A stretch of DNA of 48,864 nucleotides, from the NCBI RefSeq assembly GCF_001194135.2, contig NC_068982.1, positions 100,152,675-100,201,538 of the forward strand. The letters are read 5' to 3'. Under the pieces are notes generated by a model. It ran no database searches and was not told the DNA's origin. It saw nothing but the letters and a program-made list of their open reading frames with translations. A program made the translations under genes and the position numbers. Source of the stretch: Octopus bimaculoides. Lineage: Eukaryota. Numbering within the stretch: position 1 is the first letter of the stretch; the number at the start of each line of letters is the position of its first letter. Shown piece after piece: positions 34,336 through 46,570 of this stretch.

Positions 34336-35800
34336 CAGTGGTTCTCAAACTGGGGTCTACAGCCCTCTAAGGAACTGCAAAGTGATTTTAGGGGGTCTGG
34401 GAAGGAATGCTGAAATATCATGAAAACAGGTGATTTCAGACAGTTAAGTTTTAAAATTTCAAGACTTTCAGTTTTTCGCATCTTATCCTTCTTTGCTGTT
34501 GACCTCAAAAACTCACGCTGCTCCTACACACTCATTTGCTAATCACACTTGTTGTACAAGTGTGATTGGCCGATGGAAAATATGCAGGTATAACGGTTGA
34601 TCATGCATGTGCTGTTAGTACTCTATGCTCACATGATTCACCACTCAACTCATCAGTGCATGTTCCTATATAATTTTGCCCTTTGCCAGACACCCTTTCT
34701 CATCCCACATGATGGCTGGGCTTTATAAGGCATGGTTGTTTTTCATGGCAATGTGTTCCAACAGAACTGTCTTCTCAACGGTCATCAATTCACAGGTTTA
34801 TCTATGGACAAAACAACACTCATATGCACTTTGGATTTTCTTCCACAATTAATAGCGAGAGGCAAGCTTTATTGTTAATTAGTGCACCCCATTGTATATG
34901 ACAAATATAAAATGTAGTTATATTAAATTGGTTTACAAAATTTTATCCTTTTTTATAATGCCTCTAAAAAAGAAAATGAGATATGACAAATCTTATTTGA
35001 AATTTGGTTTTACTGTAATAAAGTTTGGCAGTGAAGGAAGCCACAGTGTGTTCTATGCTCCGAGGTTTTGGCATCTACTTCACTAAAGCCCAGCTAGTTA
35101 AAGACGCACCTCAAAATGAAGCATCTCAGTTCAATAAATAGAGATGTCGACTTCTTCAGACATGAAGTCAACAGATTGATGACAAAATCTTTTTGCTGAA
35201 CATTACAGCTGGGTTAAAAGCATTCTATGAGATTTCAAGGAAAACAGTTGTTGCCAAAAAGCCCCACAATATCGGCAAAGAGTTGATATTGCCTTGCTGC
35301 AAAGATATCATATTGAATGTACTAGGAAGTTCTGAACTTTAGAAGCTGAAGCATGTCTCTCTCTCAAACGATACTGTTAGCAAATGAATAACTACCTGAT
35401 AATATTGTCACAGTTGATGTCTAAGGTTTACAATTCGCTTTATAACTTTTATGCAATCCTGCTTGATGAAACAATAGATGTTTGCAACTTAACACAATTT
35501 TGCATCTACGTATATTATGTACATAGCTATCACCTAGAGAACAAATTCCTGTTTTGCAAACCCCTTAGTACCAAAACAATTGCAAGAGAAATATTTAACA
35601 AAGTGGACAGGTTTTTTAAGGCACATGATATCAACTGAGGGCATGTCATTGTCATGTGCACAAACAGTGCTCTGGCAATGCTTAGTTGCCATTCTGGTTT
35701 TCAGGCTTTAGTGAAAGAAAAATCCCCAGGTGCTATTGGTACACACTGCATAATTTATCGACAAATACTAATGGTGAAAAACCATGCCTAATGAGCACAC
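34336..35800 (+). mobile_element. hAT (Buster/Charlie-type) transposon, decayed, 3'-truncated
   Basis: 5' TIR cagtggttctcaaac after gcttagac. BED finger YDKSYLKFGF...PQCVLCSEVLASTSLKPS*LKTHL; KKPHNIGKELILPCC; VSLSNDTV; AILLDETIDV (catalytic D); FLFCKPL; HCIIYRQ. Confidence 0.9.
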
Positions 35801-35939
35801 TGTTAAAATGAATAATGATTAACCTTTCAATTTCAGATATAAGTATATTTAGTCTTCAAGTCTATTTTCTGAGGTCAATTTCCCTCAACTATTCCTGCTC
35901 CCCATTATATTTTTATATTCCTCGATACAATACTTCACT

Positions 35940-36180
35940 CAGTTGAGGGCTCTTGTCTTGTAGGTACTTGATGACCTCACCTGCGCTGTGCCATGAAATA
36001 TGCACCCAATATTCTCTGTGAAGTGGTTGGCATTAGGAAGGGCATCCAGCTATAGAAACCATACCAAAGCAGATATTTTAGCCTGGCACAACCCTCTGGC
36101 TCATCAGTTCATGTCAAACTGTCCAACCCATTCCAGCATAGAAAAAGAAATATTAAGTGAAGGTGATAATAATGATGTCT
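35940..36180 (+). mobile_element. SINE family D
   Basis: gtggttggcattaggaagggcatccagctatagaaacc...gtccaacccattccagcatag. Confidence 0.7.
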
Positions 36181-36789
36181 TTATAACAAAAAAAAATCAT
36201 TATTTATCTCTTTTCTCCTTAGTGGCCTAGATTACCACCTTAAATACCATTAGAACATTAATTCCTTAGTTGTGAAAATTGATGGATGTTTAACATGCTG
36301 GTATCAAGCAGGGCTATAGGCATAATCCAAACAATAGAAGTAATACATATGTATTTAATTAGGAGTCAACTGAAATTTATTGTCACAACTCAAGGTCAGC
36401 ATAAAGTTATAGTAGAGAATAGAATACAGAGCCAAGGATAAAAAGAAGGAAAACAAACATGACAAATACAATATATGTGTGTATGAGTACGTGATACTTC
36501 AAAGTGAGATTAAGGATTTAAAATGAGCAAATTATTTCACTTAAACAACTGTTTATTCTCTTAACAGTGTTTCTGAAATATATTCAAGATTAGGAATATA
36601 TTGGCATATTAAATAAATATACCCATTACTGTGAGACTGAGATTTCCATTTGAGGTATTCTTATTTGTGGGTTAAAACATATTGTTTTATTGTTTTACAT
36701 GTGGCCATGCTGGGGTACCACCAGTGCTGGTGCATTTTGCATATGCTTAATCCTTACAACAACATTTCTATATCAGACAGTTATGCAGA

Positions 36790-36990
36790 ACCATCATTAT
36801 TACCATCATTATTTCAGAGCCATTTTCCATACTGGCATGGGATGGACAGTCTGATAGGATCCTGCAAGCTGCAGGGCCACACCAAGCTCCAATGTCAGCT
36901 TTGGCAATGGTTTATACAGCTTGATGCCCTTCTAAATGCCAACTACTTTACAGAATGTACTGGATGCTTTTTGTCACCAAGTAACTTGCA
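36790..36990 (-). mobile_element. SINE family D
   Basis: ttttccatactggcatgggatggacag...gatgcccttctaaatgccaactac. Confidence 0.65.
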
Positions 36991-37114
36991 AGACAAGAAA
37001 AGAAAAGAAAGAAATAAAGAGAGGTAAAAAAAAAAAAATAGACAACAATCCTGCACGTTACAAAACACACATACTGAGATAATATTCTCAGAAAATTAAC
37101 ATTGGGTGCCTTAC

Positions 37115-37183
37115 TCATACTTACTCCTCAAAAAACTAGAAGGCATTATAATCATATCATGAGCTTTTTGCCTCATTGCATGT
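37115..37183 (-). CDS. Candidate coding exon (69 nt, or 59 nt with the upstream donor)
   Basis: ttttcatcag|A CAT GCA ATG...; encodes (R)HAMRQKAHDMIIMPSSFLR(SKY). Tandem donors GTAAGT (37124) and GTAAGG (37114). The phase-2 start matches the 38127 exon. Confidence 0.4.
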
Positions 37184-38126
37184 CTGATGAAAACTTATAA
37201 CCAAGCAAGGTAAAATTGTTAGCATCACAAATGATTTTATGCTGTTTTGATATTATATTTCTTATTCAATGAATCTTTTTTGTGTTAATTTGATTTCTCA
37301 CATTGAAGTGACATGGTCTCACATCGAAGTAAAGTTTTCTAACTTAGAATAACATATGCTGTATTTTTTGAAGGAGACAAAGCACAACTGTTGAGTGTAG
37401 AAGATCAATGTATAGTGCAAACAAAAACATTCCACACAATGGTCTCGCTTAAAATGTTTCCTATGTATTGTTCTGAAGATTATTTACAATGTCTTGCTCT
37501 TGTTGTTCTGGGGTTAAACAATAATACAGACAACTGTTCTGACATGTAACTGTTACATTTATTCAAGATATTCCAAGAAAACAATCTTTACTTTCATCTT
37601 TTTGTTACAATATTCAATGAAGTAACTTATTTTTGTCGAGTGCTAATAGTGACAAGGAGTCAATCATATAAAAATACAAATAAACATGTGTGAAGCTGCT
37701 AACAATGGTTGTATATATTTCAATATCAAACCACTCATTTCAGTACAAATACAAATACAAGCATCATCTTTTTTTCTCTCTCTCCAGCCAAGACTTGAAA
37801 TGAAACAGCTCATTAATCACAGGTGAAATTTCACTTACATTCAAAATTGAAAACTATATGTTGATGAAATCCCAAAAATGTATATGTAACAAAAAAGAAA
37901 AAAACCAAAAGAGTAATTTAATAAAATTTACATATCTAGGGACTTTTTAAAATTAAGGATCCATTATTTAGCATAGAATAGCAAAAGACTGACTTGTTCA
38001 GAATTAAAAAAATTATCATGTATGTGTGTGTGTGTGTTATATATTTGTAAACATTTGTGAACATTTGTAAAAAATATATTGTTTTCAAATGCAGTAAATA
38101 TTACTCATTATGNNNNNNNNNNTTAC

Positions 38127-38180
38127 CTTTCAAAAACTGTATCTACTAAGCAGAGAGCTTCCCTTAATGCAGTAAAAACA
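38127..38180 (-). CDS. Candidate coding exon (54 nt, phase 2-2)
   Basis: tatgttacag|T GTT TTT ACT...GAA AG|GTAA; only one open frame, VFTALREALCLVDTVFE(R). Confidence 0.4.
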
Positions 38181-39060
38181 CTGTAACATATTCAGAACAC
38201 TATTTCAGAAAATTATCATTGTTCTCTTTGAGCATATCAAAAAGACAAATTTAGATAGGGTAAAATAAATAAGACAAGATAAGGTAAATTTACCTCTTCA
38301 AATCTCCCAAATTTCATTTGCAAAGAGACTCATACACATAAACATCCATCCTTAGACATCAGAAAGATCGAAATGCAACAAAGATTTAAAATATCTTTGT
38401 CGAATGAAACAGGATCATAGAAAAATAAGCACATGGTATGAAATTAATGAAACTTGGCTAAATCTATAAACAACATAAAATATTCTGTAAAATATTCTCT
38501 ATAGCTTCTTCAAATACAGAAAAAAGAAAGAAAGAAAGAAAAAGGTTTGATTTAATGAAACACATTTGAACATAAAGCAATAATTCTAAAGCTGAAAAAA
38601 TAATGCTTTTAGCTGTAGAGAGAGGGGTAATTTTTTAATTAAAACTAAATTCAAAATTTTAATTTTGGAACGTATTTCCTTACTTCTTTCATAAAATAAG
38701 ATCAGTTTTCAATACCTCACTGAAATAATTAACTTTAGAAGTAGCCATGTGTGTGTGAGTGTGAGTGTGTGTGCATTTAACTACAAGTAGTCAAGCCAAG
38801 GTCATTGTTCAGTCATGCGTTGAAAGGAATTTGACCTAGAGACAGTATCTATTTTCTATCAATCTCTTTATCTATATATACATTCATACTTACACACACA
38901 CACACACACACATATACTTTTTCTGGAGTGTTCTGTGGTTTCCCTTTTCCCTGTCATTGTCCCAAAAGATACAATTCCCAAAGAAATTGTAAGCTGCCTT
39001 TGGAACTGAGTAGCAAACTTCTTTTTTAATTGAATAAATTGGTGTCTCTAAGGTGGTAAA

Positions 39061-39269
39061 TCATCATCATCATCATCATCATCGTTTAAAGTCCGTTTTC
39101 CATGCTAGCATGGGTTGGACGATTTGACTGAGGACTGGTGAAACCAGATGGCTACACCAGGCTCCAATCTGATTTGGCAGAGTTTTACAGTTGGATGCCC
39201 TTCTTAACGCCAACCACTCAGAGAGTGTAGTGGGTGATTTTACGTGCCACCGGCACGAAGGCCAGTCAG
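39061..39269 (-). mobile_element. Young SINE family D running into an assembly gap
   Basis: (CAT)n cgtttaaagtccgttttccatgctagcatgggttggacgatttgactgaggactgg; the first ~95 bp are nearly identical to 5600-5697. Confidence 0.85.
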
Positions 39270-39936
39270 NNNNNNNNNNNNNNNNNNNNNNNNNNNNNNN
39301 NNNNNNNNNNNNNNNNNNNNNNNNNNNNNNNNNNNNNNNNNNNNNNNNNNNNNNNNNNNNNNNNNNNNNNNNNNNNNNNNNNNNNNNNNNNNNNNNNNNN
39401 NNNNNNNNNNNNNNNNNNNNNNNNNNNNNNNNNNNNNNNNNNNNNNNNNNNNNNNNNNNNNNNNNNNNNNNNNNNNNNNNNNNNNNNNNNNNNNNNNNNN
39501 NNNNNNNNNNNNNNNNNNNNNNNNNNNNNNNNNNNNNNNNNNNNNNNNNNNNNNNNNNNNNNNNNNNNNNNNNNNNNNNNNNNNNNNNNNNNNNNNNNNN
39601 NNNNNNNNNNNNNNNNNNNNNNNNNNNNNNNNNNNNNNNNNNNNNNNNNNNNNNNNNNNNNNNNNNNNNNNNNNNNNNNNNNNNNNNNNNNNNNNNNNNN
39701 NNNNNNNNNNNNNNNNNNNNNNNNNNNNNNNNNNNNNNNNNNNNNNNNNNNNNNNNNNNNNNNNNNNNNNNNNNNNNNNNNNNNNNNNNNNNNNNNNNNN
39801 NNNNNNNNNNNNNNNNNNNNNNNNNNNNNNNNNNAGTCCGACAATGAAGAGAAATTACTTGGTGTAGGCATAATTTTAAAGATGGCTTCTACAGTGAGGA
39901 GGCATTATTTTTATTAAAATGAAGCAAAACAGATAT

Positions 39937-40008
39937 TTCCCAAGCGGGGAATCGAACCCCAGCAGCTGCGGTGAGAGCGCGGAATCCTAACCACTAGACC
40001 CCTTGGTA
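39937..40008 (-). tRNA. tRNA-Glu(CUC), probably a pseudogene
   Basis: 72-nt cloverleaf TACCAAG-GG-GTCTAGTGGTTAGGATT-CCGCG-CTCTCAC-CGCAG-CTGC-TGGGG-TTCGATT-CCCCG-CTTGGGA-A. Defects: A2:G71 mismatch, U8 to G, C:A in the anticodon stem. A TTTT run lies just downstream. Confidence 0.8.
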
Positions 40009-40524
40009 AAATCTATGGTTATTTATCATAAAAGAGCATCCACTGTTTTTTAAGAAGCCAAGGTACCTTTGTATATTGAAAGTGAACCTCTTCATACCAG
40101 ATTACTGGGAGGTGGGGCCACACTGTATTGAGTGCTACATACCTTTCACAGCATGGGGCCCCAATATCTAAAGGGGGACCAGTGCAATTGCCCCCTTCGC
40201 TCCCCAATAAATTCTGCCCTGATAAAGAGAGTGGTAAATAATAGAGAGATAGATTAATGGTGATAGATAGAATGGGTAAGTTGGCAATATAAAAGTTGAG
40301 TTATTTCTTGCAGAAAATTATACTTTTTTATTATTTATAAACAACCTTCTCTTTAGGATGCAAAATTTGAAAATCAAATTTGTTTTTTTCCAGGACACAC
40401 TATTTCAGAGCCTGTTAGGTTAAACACACATGCATTAGGCCTGTCTTTTCTCCCTGCCCCACTCCTTTTCAGAACCTTTCAGGGCAAAACACACATACAT
40501 AACCACATACACTCACATTTATTT

Positions 40525-40850
40525 CATCAACATCATCATTTAACAACCACCTTCCACGCTGGTATGGGTGGGATGGTTTACCAAGAGCTGACTAGGCAGG
40601 AGCCTGCACCAGACTTTTGTAAATGTTTTGGCAGGATTCTTACACCTGGATGCCCTTCCTAACACCAACCACTCGGCAGAATGGGTTTACTGCTTTTTAC
40701 ATGGCACAAGCACAGGCGAGGTCAGTTTGGCAAGGTTTTTACAGCTAGATGACCTTCTGAATCCCAACCACTTTACAGTGTGGACTGGATGCATTTTAAG
40801 TGGCACCTGCACTGGCAGGGTCAACAAGTAACTTGCAAGACAAAAATCAT
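40525..40850 (-). mobile_element. SINE family D with internal partial duplication
   Basis: The ctggatgcccttcctaacaccaaccact block recurs in degenerate form at about 40745-40775. Confidence 0.65.
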
Positions 40851-41589
40851 TTGTGAGGAGAGGAGGTATCGGAGACGATTTTGTGTCAGAGACAGAAACA
40901 GGTGTCTTGGGTTAGAGGAGATACAAGGTTACCAAGGGAAAGAGAGAGAGAGAAAGAGAGAAGACAGAAACAGGTGTGCTGCTGCAAGAGGACACATGAT
41001 TACCCAACCTGAGGGAAGTGCAGGAGGAGAGCAGGATACTGATGGTGGCAAAGTGCTGGGCATACTCAGAATATAAATGGGATAGTTGAGTAAAGGAAGA
41101 GAGAGATATAGATGGTGGCAAGTGCTAGGGCATATCTTTGAGGTTCGATGGTCATAATATAAGTGGAAGGATATTGCAAAAGGAGTGGGATTAGAGAGTG
41201 TCGAGGGGTGGGGAAGTGAGTGGTGAAAACCTGGGTATATATAGAGTGGTGGGGGCTGCCGGATAGCAATGAAACAGGACCATGAGGACAGGATCAGAGA
41301 GTGAGAGGAAAGTATAGTGTATGAAGGAGGAAATGTGAGGAAGATGTAGAGTTGTAGATTGATTTGTTAGGGTTGGGTGTGTGAAAAGCATTGTTATGCA
41401 TAGGCCTCCATATACATAGCATAGAACTCCATATAGATATGTTTTAGAACGAAGCATTAGTCAAGTACAAAGCAGTAATAAGAAAATGAGATGACAAAGG
41501 AATAAACGATTATTTTATAAATACCATTATCTTAGGTAATGAAGTTCATACGATAATTGTTTAATGCTCTGTCATCTCATTTTCTTCAT

Positions 41590-41870
41590 CAGCATTTAGC
41601 ATCCGCTTTCCATGATGGTATGTAGGTGGTTTGATTGAAACTAGTAAACCAGAGAGCTGTACAAGGTGCCAGTCTGACTTTAGCTTGGTTTCTATGGCTG
41701 CCCATCCTTATGCCAACCGCTCCAAGAGTGTAGTGGGTGCCTTTAACATATCACCGGCACAGGTGCTTCTATGTGTCACCAGCACTGGTGCTTTTACAGG
41801 TCACCAGCATAGGTACTTTTGCATCTCACCAGAACAGGTGCTTTTACATGCTACAACTATGGTTTCACTT
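41590..41870 (-). mobile_element. SINE family D with internal tandem units
   Basis: catccgctttccatgatggtatg...tatgccaaccgctcc followed by caccggcacagg/caccagcactgg units. Confidence 0.6.
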
Positions 41871-42630
41871 GACAGCAAATTGCCAAAGCTCTCAATTATC
41901 ATTGCCTCTGTGAGAACCAACTTTTGAAGATTGTGCTTCACCACCTTGTCTCATGTCTTCCTGAGTCCTACCTCTTCCACGAGTTCCCTCCACAGTTGGA
42001 CAATGGCATTTCTTTACACAGCTATCCTCATCCGTATGCATCACATGACCATACCAGTGCAGTCAACTCTCTTTCAAACCACATTTGATGCCTCTTATGC
42101 TCAATTTTTCTCTCAAGACACTTACACTCTGTCATATATGCACATCCAGCGAAGCATACTAGGTTAATTTCTTTTAAGCCTTCACATGTCCTCTGCAGTC
42201 ATAGTCCATGTTTCATTGTCAGGTAGCAGGGCTGTTTGCACACAGGTATCATACAATCTGCCTTTCACTCTGAGGGAGAGGTCCTTTGTCACCAACAAAG
42301 GCAGAAGCTCTCTAAACTTCACCCAGCCTATTCGAAGCATCCACCTCCATTGCTGACTTGGTCACCTAGATAACAGAAGCTATCAACTACTTCTAGGTGT
42401 TCCCCCTGACATTTGATGGAGTCTATTTTCTGCACATTTCTAGTGTTTATTGTACCAGTACATCTGCTGCACACAAAGACTATTTTCCCTGTTTACCTTT
42501 CTCTGATATTGCTGCACCTCTTATATGTCCATAACTTGTGGAGTTTCTTATGGAGTTTCTACCTACGCCTTTTCTACATATCGAGCAGGGTCATCTATCT
42601 GAAGGGACTTGCAATTTGTCCGCAATGCTG
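41870..42630 (-). pseudogene. RTE-clade LINE, 3' part of ORF, heavily decayed
   Basis: Minus strand: ADKLQVPSDR*PCSICRKGVGRNS; LHWYGHVMHTDEDSCVKKC...VEGTRGRGR (RTE C-terminal motifs). Confidence 0.8.
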
Positions 42631-42743
42631 AAATGCATTTCACTATATTTTGCACAATATAACATTGTAGTATATCACAAAGAATTTTACTGTACACTTC
42701 ATCACCTGCATAATGTCACCTAACTCAGAGAGAGAGAGAGAGT

Positions 42744-42792
<49 letters not shown>

Positions 42793-43094
42793 TGAGAAAG
42801 AGAGATACTTCTTTGGTAACCATTCTAATGTCGGTATGACACTGGAAAACCAATAATAAAACAAAAACAAAATGTATGCTAACAAAGAAAATAATGATTT
42901 TGTTTCTAACCTAACTCCTGAATTGGTGACAAATGTCCAAATTCATTTTTCTTTTTCTTTTAACTTCTTACATTTATCATTTTAACAATCTAGAGTTACA
43001 ATGTAGAGTTACATTAACGATCTAGAGTTACATTTTTATGACATTTTCAATTACCACTGACTTTCAAAATTTGAAAGCCTTTACAGTATTTATG

Positions 43095-43159
43095 AGTAAT
43101 TTAACTTGTCAAGTAATTTAACTTGTCCAGTAATTTAACTTGTCAAGTAATTTAACTTG
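43095..43159. repeat. 17-bp tandem repeat x~3.9 (agtaatttaacttgtc[a/c]) at the RTE 5' junction
   Basis: Units start at 43095, 43112, 43129 and 43146. Confidence 0.9.
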
Positions 43160-45138
43160 CTGCATCCAAGTCGTATGGTGGGGAGGAAGTTCTGCTAGGT
43201 TCCTCACAAGCAAAGAACATAGGTATAAGATTTTCTGAACAGGGAACACTAATGGGGTTGGGGGTGTGGGTATACTTCTTGCGGAGAAATGGGTTGATAA
43301 GGTAATTGAGGTAGTCAGAATCTGTGATAGAATACTTAAGATTAGATTAGTGTGGCAATATGGTTTAGCAACCATTTTCTTGGCCTATGCCCATCGGCCA
43401 GGGCTAACTGATGAACAGAAAGACCAATTTTATGACACCCTCTTGCAGACTACCTCATCAACAAATGACAGAGACCTCTTTGTAGCTGGCATGGACATGT
43501 TGGACAACATGCAGGGGGCTTCCATGGCTGTGGTTTTGATTCCTGCAATGAGGAGGAAACCAGGCTGCTGGAGTTCTGTGATGCAGATGATCTTATGGTT
43601 TGTAATACTAACTTCAGGAAACCTGCCAGCCACCTATTCACCTACCGATCTGGTGGACACACTAGTCAAATCGATTACATCTTCACCAGGAAATGGGAAA
43701 GATGGCTACTTATAAATGCCAAAACCTTCCTAGGTGAAGAATGCACCCAACAACATAGATTAGTAGTTAGCAATTTCAGGATCAGGGCTAAATGGACACC
43801 CAGAAGACGGCCAGCATAGAGAAGAAGGGTCTGGAAGCTTAAGGATTCTATGAATGGACAGAGATTTGGAGACGTATTACTTGAAGCTTTTGACAAAATA
43901 GAAGGGGATATAGCATTACATGATGTGGAAGACAACTGGACATTTCTACAGGACAACCTGTTGAGGGCTACTAACCAGATCTGTGAATGGTGCAAAGTCC
44001 CCTCTCAATCAAAGGTAACATGGTGGTGGAACAATGTAGTTGAAAGAGCCATTAAGGAAAAGAAACAGGCATGGAAGGACTGGAAGAATGGTGGTAGCAG
44101 GGAATAGTATCAGATTGCCAGAAGGGAAGCCAGGAGACAGGTTTATTTAGCCAGAGCAGAAGCAGATAAGAAAAAATTTGCCAATGTTCTGCGTTGTGAG
44201 GACCAAAGACTTGAAGTGTTTCGTGTTGCAAGACAGTGTGTGAGAGAGAATCGTGATGTCATAGGAGAGAAATGTGTGCGCATGGATGATGGCTCACTTC
44301 CATTTAATGAGGCAGCAAGGAGTGAGGCCTGGAAGACACCACTATGAAAGGTTGCTAAATGAAGAGAGTCTGCTGAATGTCAACCCAACAGAGGGACCAG
44401 CTATCCGAATTGACAGTATCTTGGTAGATAAAATAATTAAGGGTATGAAGACAGGGAAAGCCCCCGGCCCATCAGGAATCACTGCAGAGATGCTTAAAAT
44501 ATCAGCCATAGTCTAGTCACCCATATAGACAATCAGGTGATACACGAAGGAGTCATACCCAATGACTGGTGTAGCAGCACCATAGTCAACTGCTACAAAG
44601 GTAAAGGTGATGCATTAGATACAAATAATTACAGAGGTATCAAGTTGTTAGATCAGGTAATGAAAGCCACGGAGATGGTCAAAGACCAACTAATTAGGGA
44701 GAGAGTCAGTCTAGACGAGATGCAGTTTGGGTTTGTGTCAGGGAAAAGCAACACTGATGCTATATTTCTGATAAGACAGCTGCAGGAGAAATACCTAGCC
44801 AAAGATAAATCTCGAGCCATGTACAGGGATGCTGTCAGTAAGGTGAGGGTTGGCAACGAGTACAGTGAAGAATTCTGGGTAGGAGTAGGGGTCCACCAAA
44901 GATCAGTCATAGTCCTCATCATAGTTCTCCAGGCAATAACAGAGGAATTCAAGACAGGATGCCCCTGGGAGACCCTCTATGCTGATGACCTTGGTCTAAT
45001 AGCTGAGTCACTATCAGAACTAGAGGAGAAGTTTCAGGTGTGGGAGCAAGGTCTAGAATTGAAAGGCCTTAGAGTTAATCTAGCAAAAACCAAAGTCTTA
45101 ATAAGTAAGAAGGCAGACAAACCACAAATCCCTTCGGG
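43160..45138 (+). pseudogene. RTE-clade LINE: APE endonuclease + reverse transcriptase, 5'- and 3'-truncated, frameshifted
   Basis: GVGILLAEKW...DRIL; NTNFRKP...TYRSGGHTSQIDYI; GKAPGPSGITAEMLK; IPNDW...YKGKGDALDTNNYRGIKLL; QFGF; GVHQ; LYADDL. Confidence 0.95.
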
Positions 45139-45139
45139 A

Positions 45140-45440
45140 CACTCCCCATACACACATGCACTTACAAAAGACACAGGCACATTGAAAGACACGCATGCGT
45201 AGACACATACAATAGGAATACAAAATACAAAATGGCTGATATTTAGCAAGGTGAGACACACATAAGAAGGAAGGAAACAAAGGACCACTGATGAGGTCAC
45301 AGAAGTGTGACGAAAGAACTCTGGCCGAAATAAGATTAAGATTAATGTAATATAAAGTTGAAGCAAATTAACACCAAATATACAGTGCGTGTGTTTTTAT
45401 TGGCTAAACTGGCAATATGACCATCCCCAAGTACAACAAC
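45140..45440 (+). mobile_element. Penelope pLTR-like / retrozyme-like non-coding element carrying a hammerhead
   Basis: Non-coding block between the RTE break and (TA)n containing the motif at 45282-45326. Boundaries are approximate. Confidence 0.4.
45282..45326 (+). ncRNA. Minimal type-I hammerhead ribozyme motif
   Basis: GG(A)CCA-CUGAUGA-G-GUCACA-GAAG-UGUGAC-GAAAG-AA-CUC-UGGCC. Intact core, 6-bp stem II, 2-bp stem III (A-U, G-C), predicted cleavage after CUC at 45321. Confidence 0.75.
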
Positions 45441-46046
45441 ATATATATATATATANNNNNNNNNNNNNNNNNNNNNNNNNNNNNNNNNNNNNNNNNNNNN
45501 NNNNNNNNNNNNNNNNNNNNNNNNNNNNNNNNNNNNNNNNNNNNNNNNNNNNNNNNNNNNNNNNNNNNNNNNNNNNNNNNNNNNNNNNNNNNNNNNNNNN
45601 NNNNNNNNNNNNNNNNNNNNNNNNNNNNNNNNNNNNNNNNNNNNNNNNNNNNNNNNNNNNNNNNNNNNNNNNNNNNNNNNNNNNNNNNNNNNNNNNNNNN
45701 NNNNNNNNNNNNNNNNNNNNNNNNNNNNNNNNNNNNNNNNNNNNNNNNNNNNNNNNNNNNNNNNNNNNNNNNNNNNNNNNNNNNNNNNNNNNNNNNNNNN
45801 NNNNNNNNNNNNNNNNNNNNNNNNNNNNNNNNNNNNNNNNNNNNNNNNNNNNNNNNNNNNNNNNNNNNNNNNNNNNNNNNNNNNNNNNNNNNNNNNNNNN
45901 NNNNNNNNNNNNNNNNNNNNNNNNNNNNNNNNNNNNNNNNNNNNNNNNNNNNNNNNNNNNNNNNNNNNNNNNNNNNNNNNNNNNNNNNNNNNNNNNNNNN
46001 NNNNNNNNNNNNNNNNNNNNNNNNNNNNNNNNNNNNNNNNNNNNNN

Positions 46047-46130
<84 letters not shown>

Positions 46131-46239
46131 AATAAAAGTATATATGTATGTGTGTGTGCGTGTGCGTGCATGTGCACACGTGTATATATATGTGTGTGAG
46201 TATGTGTGTATACACATGTGTATATATGTTTGTGTGTGT

Positions 46240-46570
46240 GTGTATCATCATCATCATCACCAACATTTAACGTCTATCTTTCATGCTAGTATGGGTTGGA
46301 CATTTTGATAAGAGCTATTAAGTTAGAGGAGTGCACACAGCTTCACAATCTATTTTGGCATGGATTTTATGGCTGGATGCCCTTCCAAATACCAACCACT
46401 TTACACACACATATACACACACAGACTTTAAGTCACCACCTACAAAATATACTGACAAAGCTATGGTTGAGCCATGGTTGTACTAGAAGACACTTGCCCA
46501 TGTGTCACACAGTGGAACTGAACTCAAAACCATGTGGCTGGGTAGCAAACTTCTTAACCACATAGCTGTG
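46240..46570 (-). mobile_element. SINE family D 3' part (46240-46400) adjoining a SINE family C head (46420-46570)
   Basis: (CAT)n...tttcatgctagtatgggttggac; gaagacacttgcccatgtgtcacacagtggaactgaac...cttaaccacatagctg. Confidence 0.65.
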
